A DNA stretch of 33,901 nt from Thelocarpon superellum. Taxonomy: Eukaryota. Positions 20,293 to 30,609 of this stretch are shown here, piece by piece. Position 1 is the stretch's first letter. Each line of letters opens with the position of its first letter. Both the position numbers and the translations under genes were made by a program. The notes beneath the pieces were generated by a model, which was not told the origin of the DNA, did not search any database, and saw only the letters and a program-made list of their open reading frames with translations. Where the stretch lies: NCBI GenBank assembly GCA_026025795.1, contig JAPEUG010000015.1, forward strand, positions 62,001 to 95,901. The letters run 5' to 3'.

Positions 20293-21639
20293 ATGTTTCT
20301 TCCAGAAATAGCCCGCGGCGTTGACGCGATTCTTCGTCGCGACAGCGTGCAGACGGTGTCGGAGCTCCGCGCGCAATGGCGGAACCCTTCCGAAGTATTG
20401 TCCATCTTGATGAGTATCGGCGGCGACATTGTCCAGAAAGCCCTGGCGTCTCTGGCAGGGGATCCATACGTCCCGATCTGCTTCAGCTTCGGCTGGGTCA
20501 ACTACGCCTTTACCATGATCATGGCGTTGATCGGCAACGGCAAGCTCATGCCGGACCCTGATTACCCATGCAAGGTCATCAACCTAGCGACGGGATACGT
20601 GCGAGACAACAAATCGTGGCTACTTGGGCGACTCCTGCGTGACGACGAGGCACCGTTGATGGACGACGCGCTCAGCATCACCGTCTACGACACCGTGGGA
20701 ATGGAAGACGGTCACCCGGAAGCCGGAATGGCAATGCCCGACCTCTCCATCTTCCTTGGCTATGGAGTCATTCTCCTCCAACTGGTCCTGGCTGTCATCC
20801 CAGTGATTCTCGACCGCGACTGGGGCATCATCCTGATCATGGGCAGCGGAACATGTCTCGCCATCCTCACCGGCTCGCTGCCTCAGTGGAAAGTGGAGAA
20901 ACTCGCCTGCAAGATCCGATCGCACAAAGTCGTCGCCCTGACACGAGGCAACGGAGCGCAACACGCGATGGTAATTCGAGGAAACGGCAAGGGACTGGAC
21001 CTCGAGGACATGGCCTTGGGAGAAGGACCGCGAAGTGCGCGCGCATGGCAGCGATACGGGCTCATGACCAAGAAAAGGCGCGACGCCAAAGGCAACTTCA
21101 TCTTCGTCGACAAGCAGGGCCAACGGTGTCAAACCGGCGGACATCCGATGAAGCAAACGATGCGATTCCGCGACCTACCCGCCGACATCTTCGTGACGTG
21201 GACGGCGACGGGCCTACTGGCACTATGCTGGATCGCGCTCCTCATCAACGTGGCAGCGCTCGAGCAGAACACATGGTTCCTCGCACTGATTGGGGCGCTG
21301 GGCTGGATCGAGAACATTGCGGTGGCCGGGTTCCGGCGCAAGCCGATGGCACGCGGGATCCATCTGCGACTGGTGAAGCACATCTCGGGCCCGACGGCGC
21401 TGAGCGTGCTCATGGACGTGGGCAACATCTGTCCGCAGGCGACGGAGCCGCTGATGAAGGAATTCTATCCGCGTGGCGTCAGCGAGGACGGGTCGCCCGT
21501 GACCGCGCCCACTATGGGTCCTGGCTCCGGCCAGGAGGCTACCGGCCACGGACTTACGCCCGACGAGGAGAAGATGATACGGCAGGACTTGAAGGATAGC
21601 GAGACCGACGAGAAGAAAGTCGGGCCCAGTCCGATTTGA
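20293..21639 (+). CDS. Uncharacterised multi-pass membrane protein, ~448 aa, intronless
   Basis: Long ORF with strong codon bias; first ATG at 20293. Several hydrophobic segments. Blocks QWRNPSEVLSILMSIGGDIVQKALA, FSFGWV, LMPDPD, VINLATGYVRDNKSWLLGRLLRD, LPQWKVEK, LTRGNG and GLDLEDMA resemble a family of fungal hypothetical proteins I recall but cannot name. Confidence 0.85.
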   Translation: MFLPEIARGVDAILRRDSVQTVSELRAQWRNPSEVLSILMSIGGDIVQKALASLAGDPYVPICFSFGWVNYAFTMIMALIGNGKLMPDPDYPCKVINLATGYVRDNKSWLLGRLLRDDEAPLMDDALSITVYDTVGMEDGHPEAGMAMPDLSIFLGYGVILLQLVLAVIPVILDRDWGIILIMGSGTCLAILTGSLPQWKVEKLACKIRSHKVVALTRGNGAQHAMVIRGNGKGLDLEDMALGEGPRSARAWQRYGLMTKKRRDAKGNFIFVDKQGQRCQTGGHPMKQTMRFRDLPADIFVTWTATGLLALCWIALLINVAALEQNTWFLALIGALGWIENIAVAGFRRKPMARGIHLRLVKHISGPTALSVLMDVGNICPQATEPLMKEFYPRGVSEDGSPVTAPTMGPGSGQEATGHGLTPDEEKMIRQDLKDSETDEKKVGPSPI

Positions 21640-22181
21640 CCTGTACACGTAAGAGAGAGACGACTACGAATTACTACTTCAATTACGAAGTCGTTCATTG
21701 GACGGTGTTTTCTTTCGTTGGGACTCTCTACTCCCTGCTCCTTGCTCACTGTTCTCTGTTTTCCGCTGGACGTCACATGGTAGCCCGAATGCGTGCCTTG
21801 CTGCTACTGCTGCTTCTACTAGAACCCTGATCGCATTGCCGCCTAGACTTGCTACGACACGACTCGTCGCTCCATCTCACCACCTACCTACCTACCTATC
21901 TAGGTGACCTAGGCCTTCGCGCTTCGGCCCGACTGAAAACTGCTCCCGCCAGATACGGGAAGAGACATGACAAAAAACCCGCCCGCTGCACGAGGTCGAG
22001 ATCGAAAGCGAGATTGGATCGAGATGGGAAACGACGACATCAATCACATCAAGCACATCAACCACCACGATGTTCCGTTCCCTCTGCTTCCCCAGCTAGC
22101 CTGAACGATTGCGGTGAAAGAAAGTGGTGTGGGGGTGTGTGGGGTGGCGCAGGTGTGCATGATGTGCGTCGTGTTGTTTCC

Positions 22182-23531
22182 TTACGCCTTTCCTCCCAGG
22201 CTGGGAAAGGCGTTCGTGTCCGACACGTTGACTGAGGCGCCGCTGCCGCCGCGTCCACCGTATCCACCACCTCCGCGACCACCGCGGAACTCGCCACGGC
22301 CTCGTCCACCGCGTCCGCCACGCTCACCGCCACGGAAATCACCTCGGCCTTCACCGCGTCCACGTCCGCTGCCACCGCGACCTCCGCGTCCGCCTTCGTG
22401 TCCGCCCCGCGAGGGCTCCACAAAGCGTTGGTCGATGTCTAGGACCGTCTTCTCCTTTCGTTGCCGTTCTCGTCGAGCTTTTTGCGCCGCCCCGGCAATG
22501 TACGCGTCCTCATCCTCGACCTTCTTGAGCTCCTTGGCCTGCGCCCATTTCTTGTCCTGCTTCGCGTTCTCGTTCGGCTTTCGCACTTCCAGAACGCCCA
22601 GATCAAGCTTCCTCTGCGCCTGTTCGGCCAGATACTCGGCGTAAGACTTGGTGAGGTCTTCGGGCTCTGGCTCGGGTTCGGCCGCAGCAGCTTCGTTCTT
22701 GTCGGGCACAGGATTACCGTCCGCGTCGACGGCCGGAGACGCAGCCGCAGTCACACCGTCGGCCTTCTCTTCAGCTTTAGCGATGGCTTCCCCCGCCTGC
22801 TCATCGTCCCATTCCGCGTCGCCTTTGTTTGCGCCCCAGCCTGACGAGACTTGCTTTTCCGTGTCGCTGGACTGGGTAAGCTTAAGAATCGATGTGGAAA
22901 TCTCTCAGTCTTACGCCGGAAGTCGACTGTGACGGTCATCACGTCCCCCTCGTGGCCCTCGACCACCTCGAGCACGACCTCCGCGATCTCCTCGGCCACT
23001 GGCGCGGTCGGGATGGCGGTTTCCCTCGTCGGCAGGGCGGCCACGGTTGCTTGTAGATCCCGCGGCACGATCTCGAAAAGCTACATGAGCTTGATCAGCT
23101 TGTGAACGGACTTGCCGTGTGTTAGGCGGGGTGGAAACGGTGCGTCGCCGAGAATACAGTGAGACAGTAGCGAGAATGTAGCGACGGACCTTCTTCGCTG
23201 CCCGTGAACCCTCCTCGGCGTCCACCACGGCCACGGTCACCGCCATCTCCTCGGCCGGCGCTCGGCGCTACGTCGGGAGCATTTCGCTTCGACGTCCGTG
23301 GCAGAGCCTTGTCGATGGCCCGTGTGGGTGGCTCGGGTTCCTTGTCCGAGTCTTCATCATGGTCATTGCCTGTGCATCCGTCAGCCACGTCGACTCCACG
23401 TCTAAGCTTCGATCTGCTTACCCAGGAGCTCGTAGAGATTCTGCCACGACGACCCATTTAATCACCGCTCTCAATCGGCCATCTCTCAACGTGGGGCCGG
23501 AGAAACGTACCTTTGAGGCAACCTGCGACAT
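22182..23531 (-). CDS. STM1: Stm1/SERBP1-family ribosome- and nucleic-acid-binding protein, ~356 aa, 5 exons
   Basis: Exons 23531-23511, 23440-23422, 23369-23190, 23080-22915, 22866-22182 (1071 nt in frame). Motifs: MSQVASKNLYELLGND, RDDRHSR, DTEKQVSSGWG, KSYAEYLAE, RGG boxes, C-terminal DTNAFPSLG. Confidence 0.93.
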
Positions 23532-24359
23532 GGTGCCGGACGGTCACAGCCTCCGACGAGGGCTGTTTCCTCGTGTCACCGCAAGGTGCTGAGTGGATGG
23601 TGGGAATTGAGAGCGAGATCCCTGAACGGCAGGATCTACTCTCTCTCAAGGAAACGAAGGACAGGAGTCAACGATTCAGTGGAAGAGACCGAACGTTGTC
23701 GTGGAACCAAGTCGGACCTGATTCGTCGCTTGTTGGATCTCTCTCTAACAAAACGCGGACCCTCGATGCGCTTCGACCATTCGAGACTAGCGAAATAGGG
23801 CTAAACCTGGCCCTACCGCCGTACGAGGTACCGGGAGCAATTACATCATCGGAGGGCCGAGTCCCTGCGCGACTTTCATCCCGCTTGCCCAACTTGCCTG
23901 TCATGGTGAACGTGCGACTCTCCTTTTCGACTGTTGAACCATCGCAGCTCAAATAAGTGGGAGGACCGCCTGAGCTCCGGTATTGGACATCTGTTTGCAC
24001 ATTTACGGTGGACTTTGTTCCTTACGAAGATCGATCGTCCTCATAGCTTTGTTGCGCCTAAGAAATGCTCTTCTCGTCCGTCAACGATGTCGCAGCTCGA
24101 GCTTCGTGGGCCAGAGCTTAGGCACGGGCATTTTTGGTGAGGATAGCAAAAACGCCTGGCGATGCTTTCTCGGATGTCCAGATGGCCAAATGATCATCCA
24201 ACTCCGCAAACTTTTGGTGGTACACGTACATATCGACCTCGTAAATCGCTATCCGCCCGTCGCTTCGGTGGAAACATCGCCGCACATTCACAAGTACAAT
24301 GGGCAGTCATGGGGACCGCGGCGGCCGTAATTCGTGTTATCGGACCTATCCTGGCGAGT

Positions 24360-25740
24360 TTAGCGCCTCATGGAGCCTGGCGGAAAAGAAAATTGCCCCG
24401 AATAGTTCAAGTCTTGCCAGACCTCGTATTGTTCGCCCTGTGGGCCCAATGCACTGGCGTCATACATCTCATTCATGGGATGGAAGGCCGGGTTGCCGGC
24501 TTCGTCGGTGGGAGCCATGGCTTGCCCAGGCGCCTGCTGGGTTGGAGGTGCCGGCGGATGGGGAATCGGGGCAGGGAATGGTTGCCGAAAGGTCTGAGGG
24601 TACGGGCCTGGGCCGGCGGGAGAGTCGCTTACTTCTTGCTCCTCCATCATGTCGACGGGCGCGTCGTACTCCTGCTCTGCATCCACCCAATACGTCAGTT
24701 ATCGTTTCGGGCGACTCTGGAGCAAGCACCTTACCTAGCTGCTCCAAGTGACTCTGAAAGGAGGAGGGATAGTAATTGGGCGGCTGGGAGGGATCCCCCC
24801 TTTTCGCATGGACCGGGCTGGTTCCCACGGGTCCCTTCGGTCGGGGATGTGGAGCAGAGGTGGTGCGCAACGGAGCATGGACTTTGCGGGACTGAGCGAG
24901 CCGCGGTTGAGCCGGATTATCCAAAACAGGGGGCGTCATGGCACCGCGACCTACAAACATGGAGGATGCTGACACGGGCGAGGAGGTTTGAGACGGCGGC
25001 GTCGGCTGCAGCTGTGGGGACTGGCCAGAGAAGACCCCTTCGGGCGGACGTCGATGAAGCGACGGATGTCCGGTATCCAGGCTGGGAGGCACGCCGACCA
25101 TAGGTCGCGGAGCCTGCACATGACGCCCCATCGCCGCATGCTGCGCCGGGTTGGCCGGCCCGGGCCCCCCTGGGGTTGGATGGTAATTGGGGCCAAAATG
25201 CGGCCCGTCGGACCTTGCATTGAGCTCGGCTTGCACGTCAATGCCTGTTCCCATGGTCAATCAGGGGCGAGGGAGCGCGTCAGGATCGTCGACTTGCCCT
25301 TTTCCAACAGGATGCGCTCGAGCAGAGAGTTTTTGTATCTCAGCATCAGAGCTTCGTCCGTGGCGGTGCGGTGACCCTGGGTGAGATTCTGCAGGGAGTC
25401 CTCATGATGCTTGATGGTCGTCTCGAGCTGCTTGATGTATTCGGTGCGCCGCTCTCGAAAGGCCGCTTGAGCCTGACGATTTCGCTGTTTGCGCTCCTCC
25501 GACGTGGCATAAATCTGGGACAGACACGGCGGGTCAGCAGCGGGAGGTGGAATGGGGCCCGTCACCGCCCCGGTGATACAGCCGTACCGGTTTCCGTCCA
25601 CCCTTGCGCTTCTGCACCGTGGCACTCTCCGCGGGGAATTGCTCCTGGTCGGGCTCGGGCGAGAAGTCCGAGGAACCGGTAGAAGAGTCCCGATCTGGCT
25701 CGGCCTTGAGCTTGGTGGGCGTCGCGGTCTGCTCCTGCAT
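24360..25740 (-). CDS. bZIP transcription factor, ~398 aa, 4 exons
   Basis: Exons 25740-25588, 25514-25298, 25244-24735, 24676-24360 (1197 nt in frame). Basic region KRKGGRKPIYATSEERKQRNRQAQAAFRERRTEYIKQLE; zipper ends LRYKNSLLERILLEKGIDVQAEL. Intron 2 is GC-AG. Confidence 0.9.
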
Positions 25741-27788
25741 TCCAGTGAACCTCCAGGCCGGCCGAGGACGACGGAGTGGAGGGACACGGCCGAAGAAGGC
25801 GCAAGTACCGTCGCCCGTCGAGGTCAACAAGAGCGGCGCCAGGGCGTCTAGGGAGCCGTGGCGCGGCGTCACGGACCTTACGCGCGGTTGCAGCGATTAA
25901 CGCGCCGGCCGGGGTGGGGGAATGGGGGGGAATGGGGGTCGGGGGCAAGGTAGGACGAGGGAGGGGAGGGAGGAAAGATAAGGTAATGATAGGGAGCCCG
26001 GGGGAGAAAAAAAGGGACGGCGAGGGACCGCAGGAGAGCTACGGAAGGGAGGAGGGCGAGGCAAAGATCGGACGAGCACCGGCCAGTGAGCGGTCGAGTA
26101 CTTGTACGAGGCCTGGATAACGTCGGGTCCGGGGATGACGGGCACGGATGACTGCGTCACAGCCAATCAGGGCGGCATGGGTAGGGAAGCCGCCGGGACG
26201 AGCACCAGCAGCCATGGGGAAGCGGCATGGGTCGCAGGCTCGAGGCATGGCGGAGGCCAGGAGCAAAAAGAGAGCTCCGCCTCCGCGCTTGGCGGGGGAG
26301 GGGAAAAAGGATCAAAGGCTGTTGCTGCTACTACTGCAGCGCGCTGCGCGCTGCGTGCTGAGTCGGCAGGAGCACGCGTGGTCGTGCAAATTTTCAAGTC
26401 AGCCCTGCGGGGGAGCAGAGCGACCCAGTGGGAGCACCACGGATGGGGCTGGGGCAAGCCTGACCTGGCCCTTGGGGTCGGTGGGGGAGGGAGGGGGGCC
26501 AGCACTGAGTGGGCGTCCTGGTAAGGAGGGAGGCACACCCTGGGGGGGAGACAGCGTGCAGGATGCAGCTGGTAGGACCGGCGGGCCCCGTCCCCCCTCC
26601 TCGTCCTCCCCTCACCACGCACCAACTGTCAGACGTTGGTGGGAGGTCCCGAGTGTAACGGTGCCTCGCTCGCTCAGTGTCGGCCTCTCGCACGTCGGGC
26701 GGGGCGCGGGCATGCAGGAGCAGGCGCAGGCGGCGTGTGCGAACGTATGGACGGCGGACGGCGCGGTGGGAAAATGAGTGGGCGCGCGCCGCGAGGACCA
26801 CGCCGCCTACGCCACGATCCATCCCGATTATTGGAGGGCGGACGCGGCCGTCAGGGTAAGTTTGCTGGATGCAGGTTAGAGCGACAACGGACCAGGAACG
26901 ACGGCGGATCGACGATGCGAGGGGCGAAGCGAGTGCTCAACATCTCCACGGATGGCAGTCAGACCCCGTCACGTGGACCGCGCAGAGATTTGACCGCCGC
27001 CGGTGGTGCGCCTCCAACATCGTGATTGGCGACGTGGAGGATCAGAGATGTGATCGCGGGGGGAACGGGCGGGGGTCCAAACAAAGATGACCAGACTTCG
27101 TCCCGGTCCCCGGCCCCGTCCCTCCCTCGCCGTCACGCGACCAGGGCCCATGCGCGGGCTTGCAGGGAAGGCCGCGGTGTCGCGCAGGCCGGCATGGCAC
27201 TCCAGTGGAAGTCGTAACGCTCCGCCGGCACCACTATCCCCAGGGGATCGGGAGGAGGAGCGCGCCGCCAGTCGTGTTGACCGTTCATCGCCCGCCCCGC
27301 CCGCCTTCTACGAGATCGATGCGCGGGGACCGGTCCAGGCACGATGGGCGAGGCCCGTTGAGAAGGGGAGATCCGCGGAAAAATTGGCGAGGCTACGGGG
27401 GAGACTTCTGGCCATGACGGTGGTGAAGAGGGTCCGTCTACGTAGTCGGTCGCAGCGCCTACAGGTGCTCCCATGACTGGTCATTCCGCAGCTGTGGAGA
27501 AAGTCAGGCTGGGTGGCGGTATGGCATGGCATGGCAGCTACCGTGGTAGCTAGCCATCCCTGCCGTCTCCGGGGTAAATGAGACCACTGCGAGTCCGGGC
27601 GGAGACCCAGGAGACGCAGCCACACGTCACGCGGGAGGCGGCATGGGGGGCCATGACTGGTAAACTCCATTTCCTCCCTTGATGCCTGACACTCTCCATG
27701 CCCGTTTGCGAGCGCAAGGATGGATAGGAGAATACGAGGAGCTACAGTATGGACATTGGTGCCGGTACGTGGGGAACTTTTGTTTTTC

Positions 27789-27817
27789 TCGCCTTCGCCT
27801 TCGCCTTCGCCTTCGCC
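27789..27817. repeat. (TCGCCT)n hexanucleotide microsatellite, about 4.8 copies
   Basis: tcgccttcgccttcgccttcgccttcgcc, intergenic. Confidence 0.85.
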
Positions 27818-28319
27818 GTCATGTTGAGCCGGCACTCGCGGCTGCAGATCTAACTATGGGATGGGGAAAAAAAAGCCGGCGTCTCGCAGCGGGAGGCGCT
27901 CGTTGGTAGCTGGTAGGCGAGCCTGCACTCCAATCAACTCGGCAGCTGTGGCACTACGGCCCGTCCCCCATTCCTCTGTGCGGCATTAAAATGGCGTCAT
28001 CTTGCTGACTCGACGCAACGCAACTGCGGCCGGAGAAGAGAGCTGATGTTTCGCGATGGGAACATGGGAACATGGGCCGTGGGACGGTGCAGAGTGCAGA
28101 TTGCACGGCGGCACTCGTCTGCATCTTGCAGAAGAGATAGGCGGCATCCGGCCACCTCTTGGCTCGCGTCGACCTCTGACCTTTGCCCTTTGCGAGTACG
28201 AGAAGGAGAAGCGATGTTGGGGCATGGAACGTGCCCGATCCCTCCTCCCCACAGTATGCGCTTGCCCTTTCCCCTTTGTCGAGGACCCGAGAGGCTTCCG
28301 AGAGGCGGGTATCGCACCA

Positions 28320-28344
28320 CACTTTTCGCACTTTTCGCACTTTT
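28320..28344. repeat. 9-bp tandem repeat CACTTTTCG, about 2.8 copies
   Basis: cacttttcg cacttttcg cactttt, intergenic. Confidence 0.75.
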
Positions 28345-28598
28345 GTCCCAGCAGGTCCAGTAGGCAGGTCGCGGGACCCGGTTCCGAATGACAGTCGTGG
28401 GGCTCGCTTGTGGGCGAGGTGCGAGGTAAGCGGCAAGAGGCAGCCAGCGGCGCCCGAGCAGTGCCGGGTCAAGGAGGCGAGGGCTCGGCCAAAGGCGGCC
28501 AAGGACGGCGGGCCAAGACCCAGTGGCTTGGGGCCAAGCACCGCGACACACACGCTTAAGCCTCCAAAAACGTGGGTCCCAGCGCTCGGCCGGGCGAG

Positions 28599-29749
28599 TC
28601 AGGTCACGTAACTTTCACGCGGCGGTAGCGCTGGCGAGGCCATGGTAAGACTCGGTGCGGCCGCGCTCTTGGAGAGCCCTGAGTACGGCAAGAGGCCAGC
28701 GGACGATGGCGTGCCGCCCGATATCGGACCGCTGCGGGCAAGACTTTTCGGCCGCTCGCCGCCCTGGACCGACAACCTCAAAGTGGAATGATGTGACAAC
28801 CCCACAAAGACGTCTCGTGGCCGATGGAGAATTTTCACACCCTTCCCCCCGGCCCGTGGAGAAGCAAGCTGCCTCGACGGACTGGGTGCTGTCGTCGCCA
28901 CTTCGCGATCCGCCGCCGCCGCCGCCGCCGCCGTCTTCAGCACGGTCCGGCTTTCTCTGTTGGGCAGAAACTCCATCCAGCGCGGACGCCGTGCCGTTGG
29001 TGCGGGTACCGGTGGGGCCGCGGTAGCTGGTGCTGCTACCGGAGCTGGTGTTGATGCCGACGACAGTGGTGACGGAGGGGTCGCGGCATGAGGGCCACGG
29101 TTCGCTGGAAGCAACGCCATCCATTGAGGGAGCGGGGTTGACGGGGCTCCCGTTGTCCGTGATGCCGGTGTGCTCGCGGTCCGTGGAGACTGTATTCGCG
29201 GGCCCAGGCCGAGCGGGCCGGCGGAAGATGCGGCCCTGACCTTCTCCTTCTCCTTCTCCCTTCCCTGTCGACCTTGTCCCAATGAATACTGCCCGGTTCG
29301 CTCTGCGGAGAGCAGGCTGGTGCGGAGCATCCGCTGCAATGCCTTGTGGATTTCCAATCTCTTGACGTCGTCTTCCAAGCTGAACATCAGGTCATCGACG
29401 CACCAGCGACAGAGTGGCATCTCCGTCAGGACGAAGTCCTGGTCGTCGCTCTCTTGCTCAGCGTCTCTTGCACGGACCGACCGACGTTTCAACGGAGCCT
29501 TGCCCAACGCGTCTCTCCGTCAACAGCCCTTCAAGGCGGCGAGCGCACACGGGAGGCGGAAATGCTCACCCGACACACCATGCAGCCCAGACACATCCAA
29601 TGACATGCGTAGGGGGGGAATCTCCAGATGCGTCTCTCCGCGGCGAGAATGGGCCCACCACACACCCAGCAATCTTCGGACCGTGTCGAGGATCCGAGAG
29701 GGAGGGTACGGCTTGAAGGCCGCGACGTGGCCGCCACCGACGAAGCCAT
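28599..29749 (-). CDS. Single LIM-type zinc-finger protein with a disordered C-terminus, ~359 aa, 2 exons
   Basis: Exons 29749-29570 and 29498-28599 (1080 nt in frame); intron GTGAGC..TTGAC..AAG. Splicing assembles C-x2-C-x19-H-x2-C-x2-C-x2-C-x30-C-x2-C. Confidence 0.7.
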
Positions 29750-30609
29750 GGCACTCGTCAATGAAGGGATATCTATGGATAGTGCATACGGCCAAGAGGG
29801 ACGAGTGAGGGACACTGGACTGTTTCGATAATGGATTGAGAAGCGGAGAGTCGTACGGCCAGGAGAGGGGGATACGGATCTTTGGTGAGATAAACGTACA
29901 GGTAGGGTGTAAAGCCGGGCGACGAGAATGGGAGACACAAGATGTTGTCATGACACAGAATTACTGCGGCAACCTTGCTAGCACTTGCTCTCTACGTGAC
30001 CTACGTGATACGAGAGAGTGACGAGACGAAGATCCCTACAAGGCAGCGGCGACATGAACCAGTAAGTGGTGCCGAGTAACGAGCTGGATCGGCGATGAAG
30101 GGAAGGAGCGTCCCTGGATTCGGTCGGTATGCCGGAGTTGTCATCTCGCCATGTCACGTTTTCACGCCCAAAATCTTCGGAATTGTGTAAATATTGAGGG
30201 CAGGGAATGGCATTCGCAATGTCATACATGAGAACGTGATCGAGTCGAGGATGGGTCCCCCACCGTTGTGGCATTTGACATTCTAGGAAAGGGTCCGCTG
30301 CCCACCGTGTAAAGTAAGGAAGAGAAGTATGAAAAGGTCGTGGGGTGGAGCAAACATGACTCCTCGATGGCCGTGCCTCGCCAAGTGGCCGAGGAAGTCA
30401 CGGATGCAGCGAACACAGGAACCACAGCGTCCGAAAACCACCCAGTCTTCACATGGCTCATTCGTCAGGTCTTGGCCGTTGTCCAATTGGACGGGACATA
30501 TCTCGTCAGTACCCAGTCAAGAAAATGGTGTCTCGGAGGGCAAAGAGAATCATCGGGCTCGAGCTAGTGCACGTCGTGAAGTACGATGTATCGTGTGGCG
30601 ATCGCATGT

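Noticed and set aside
23081..23190. Possible stwintron in STM1 (G|GTCCGT..AAG|TCCGT would recreate a donor)
   Set aside because: The external intron would be only 31 nt and the product would be out of frame with AFRDR. An alternative acceptor explains the pattern better.
25897..28553. Many 100-200 aa ORFs upstream of the bZIP gene
   Set aside because: They are R/G/P/A-rich translations in all six frames, typical of GC-rich non-coding DNA, with no domain or splice-consistent model.
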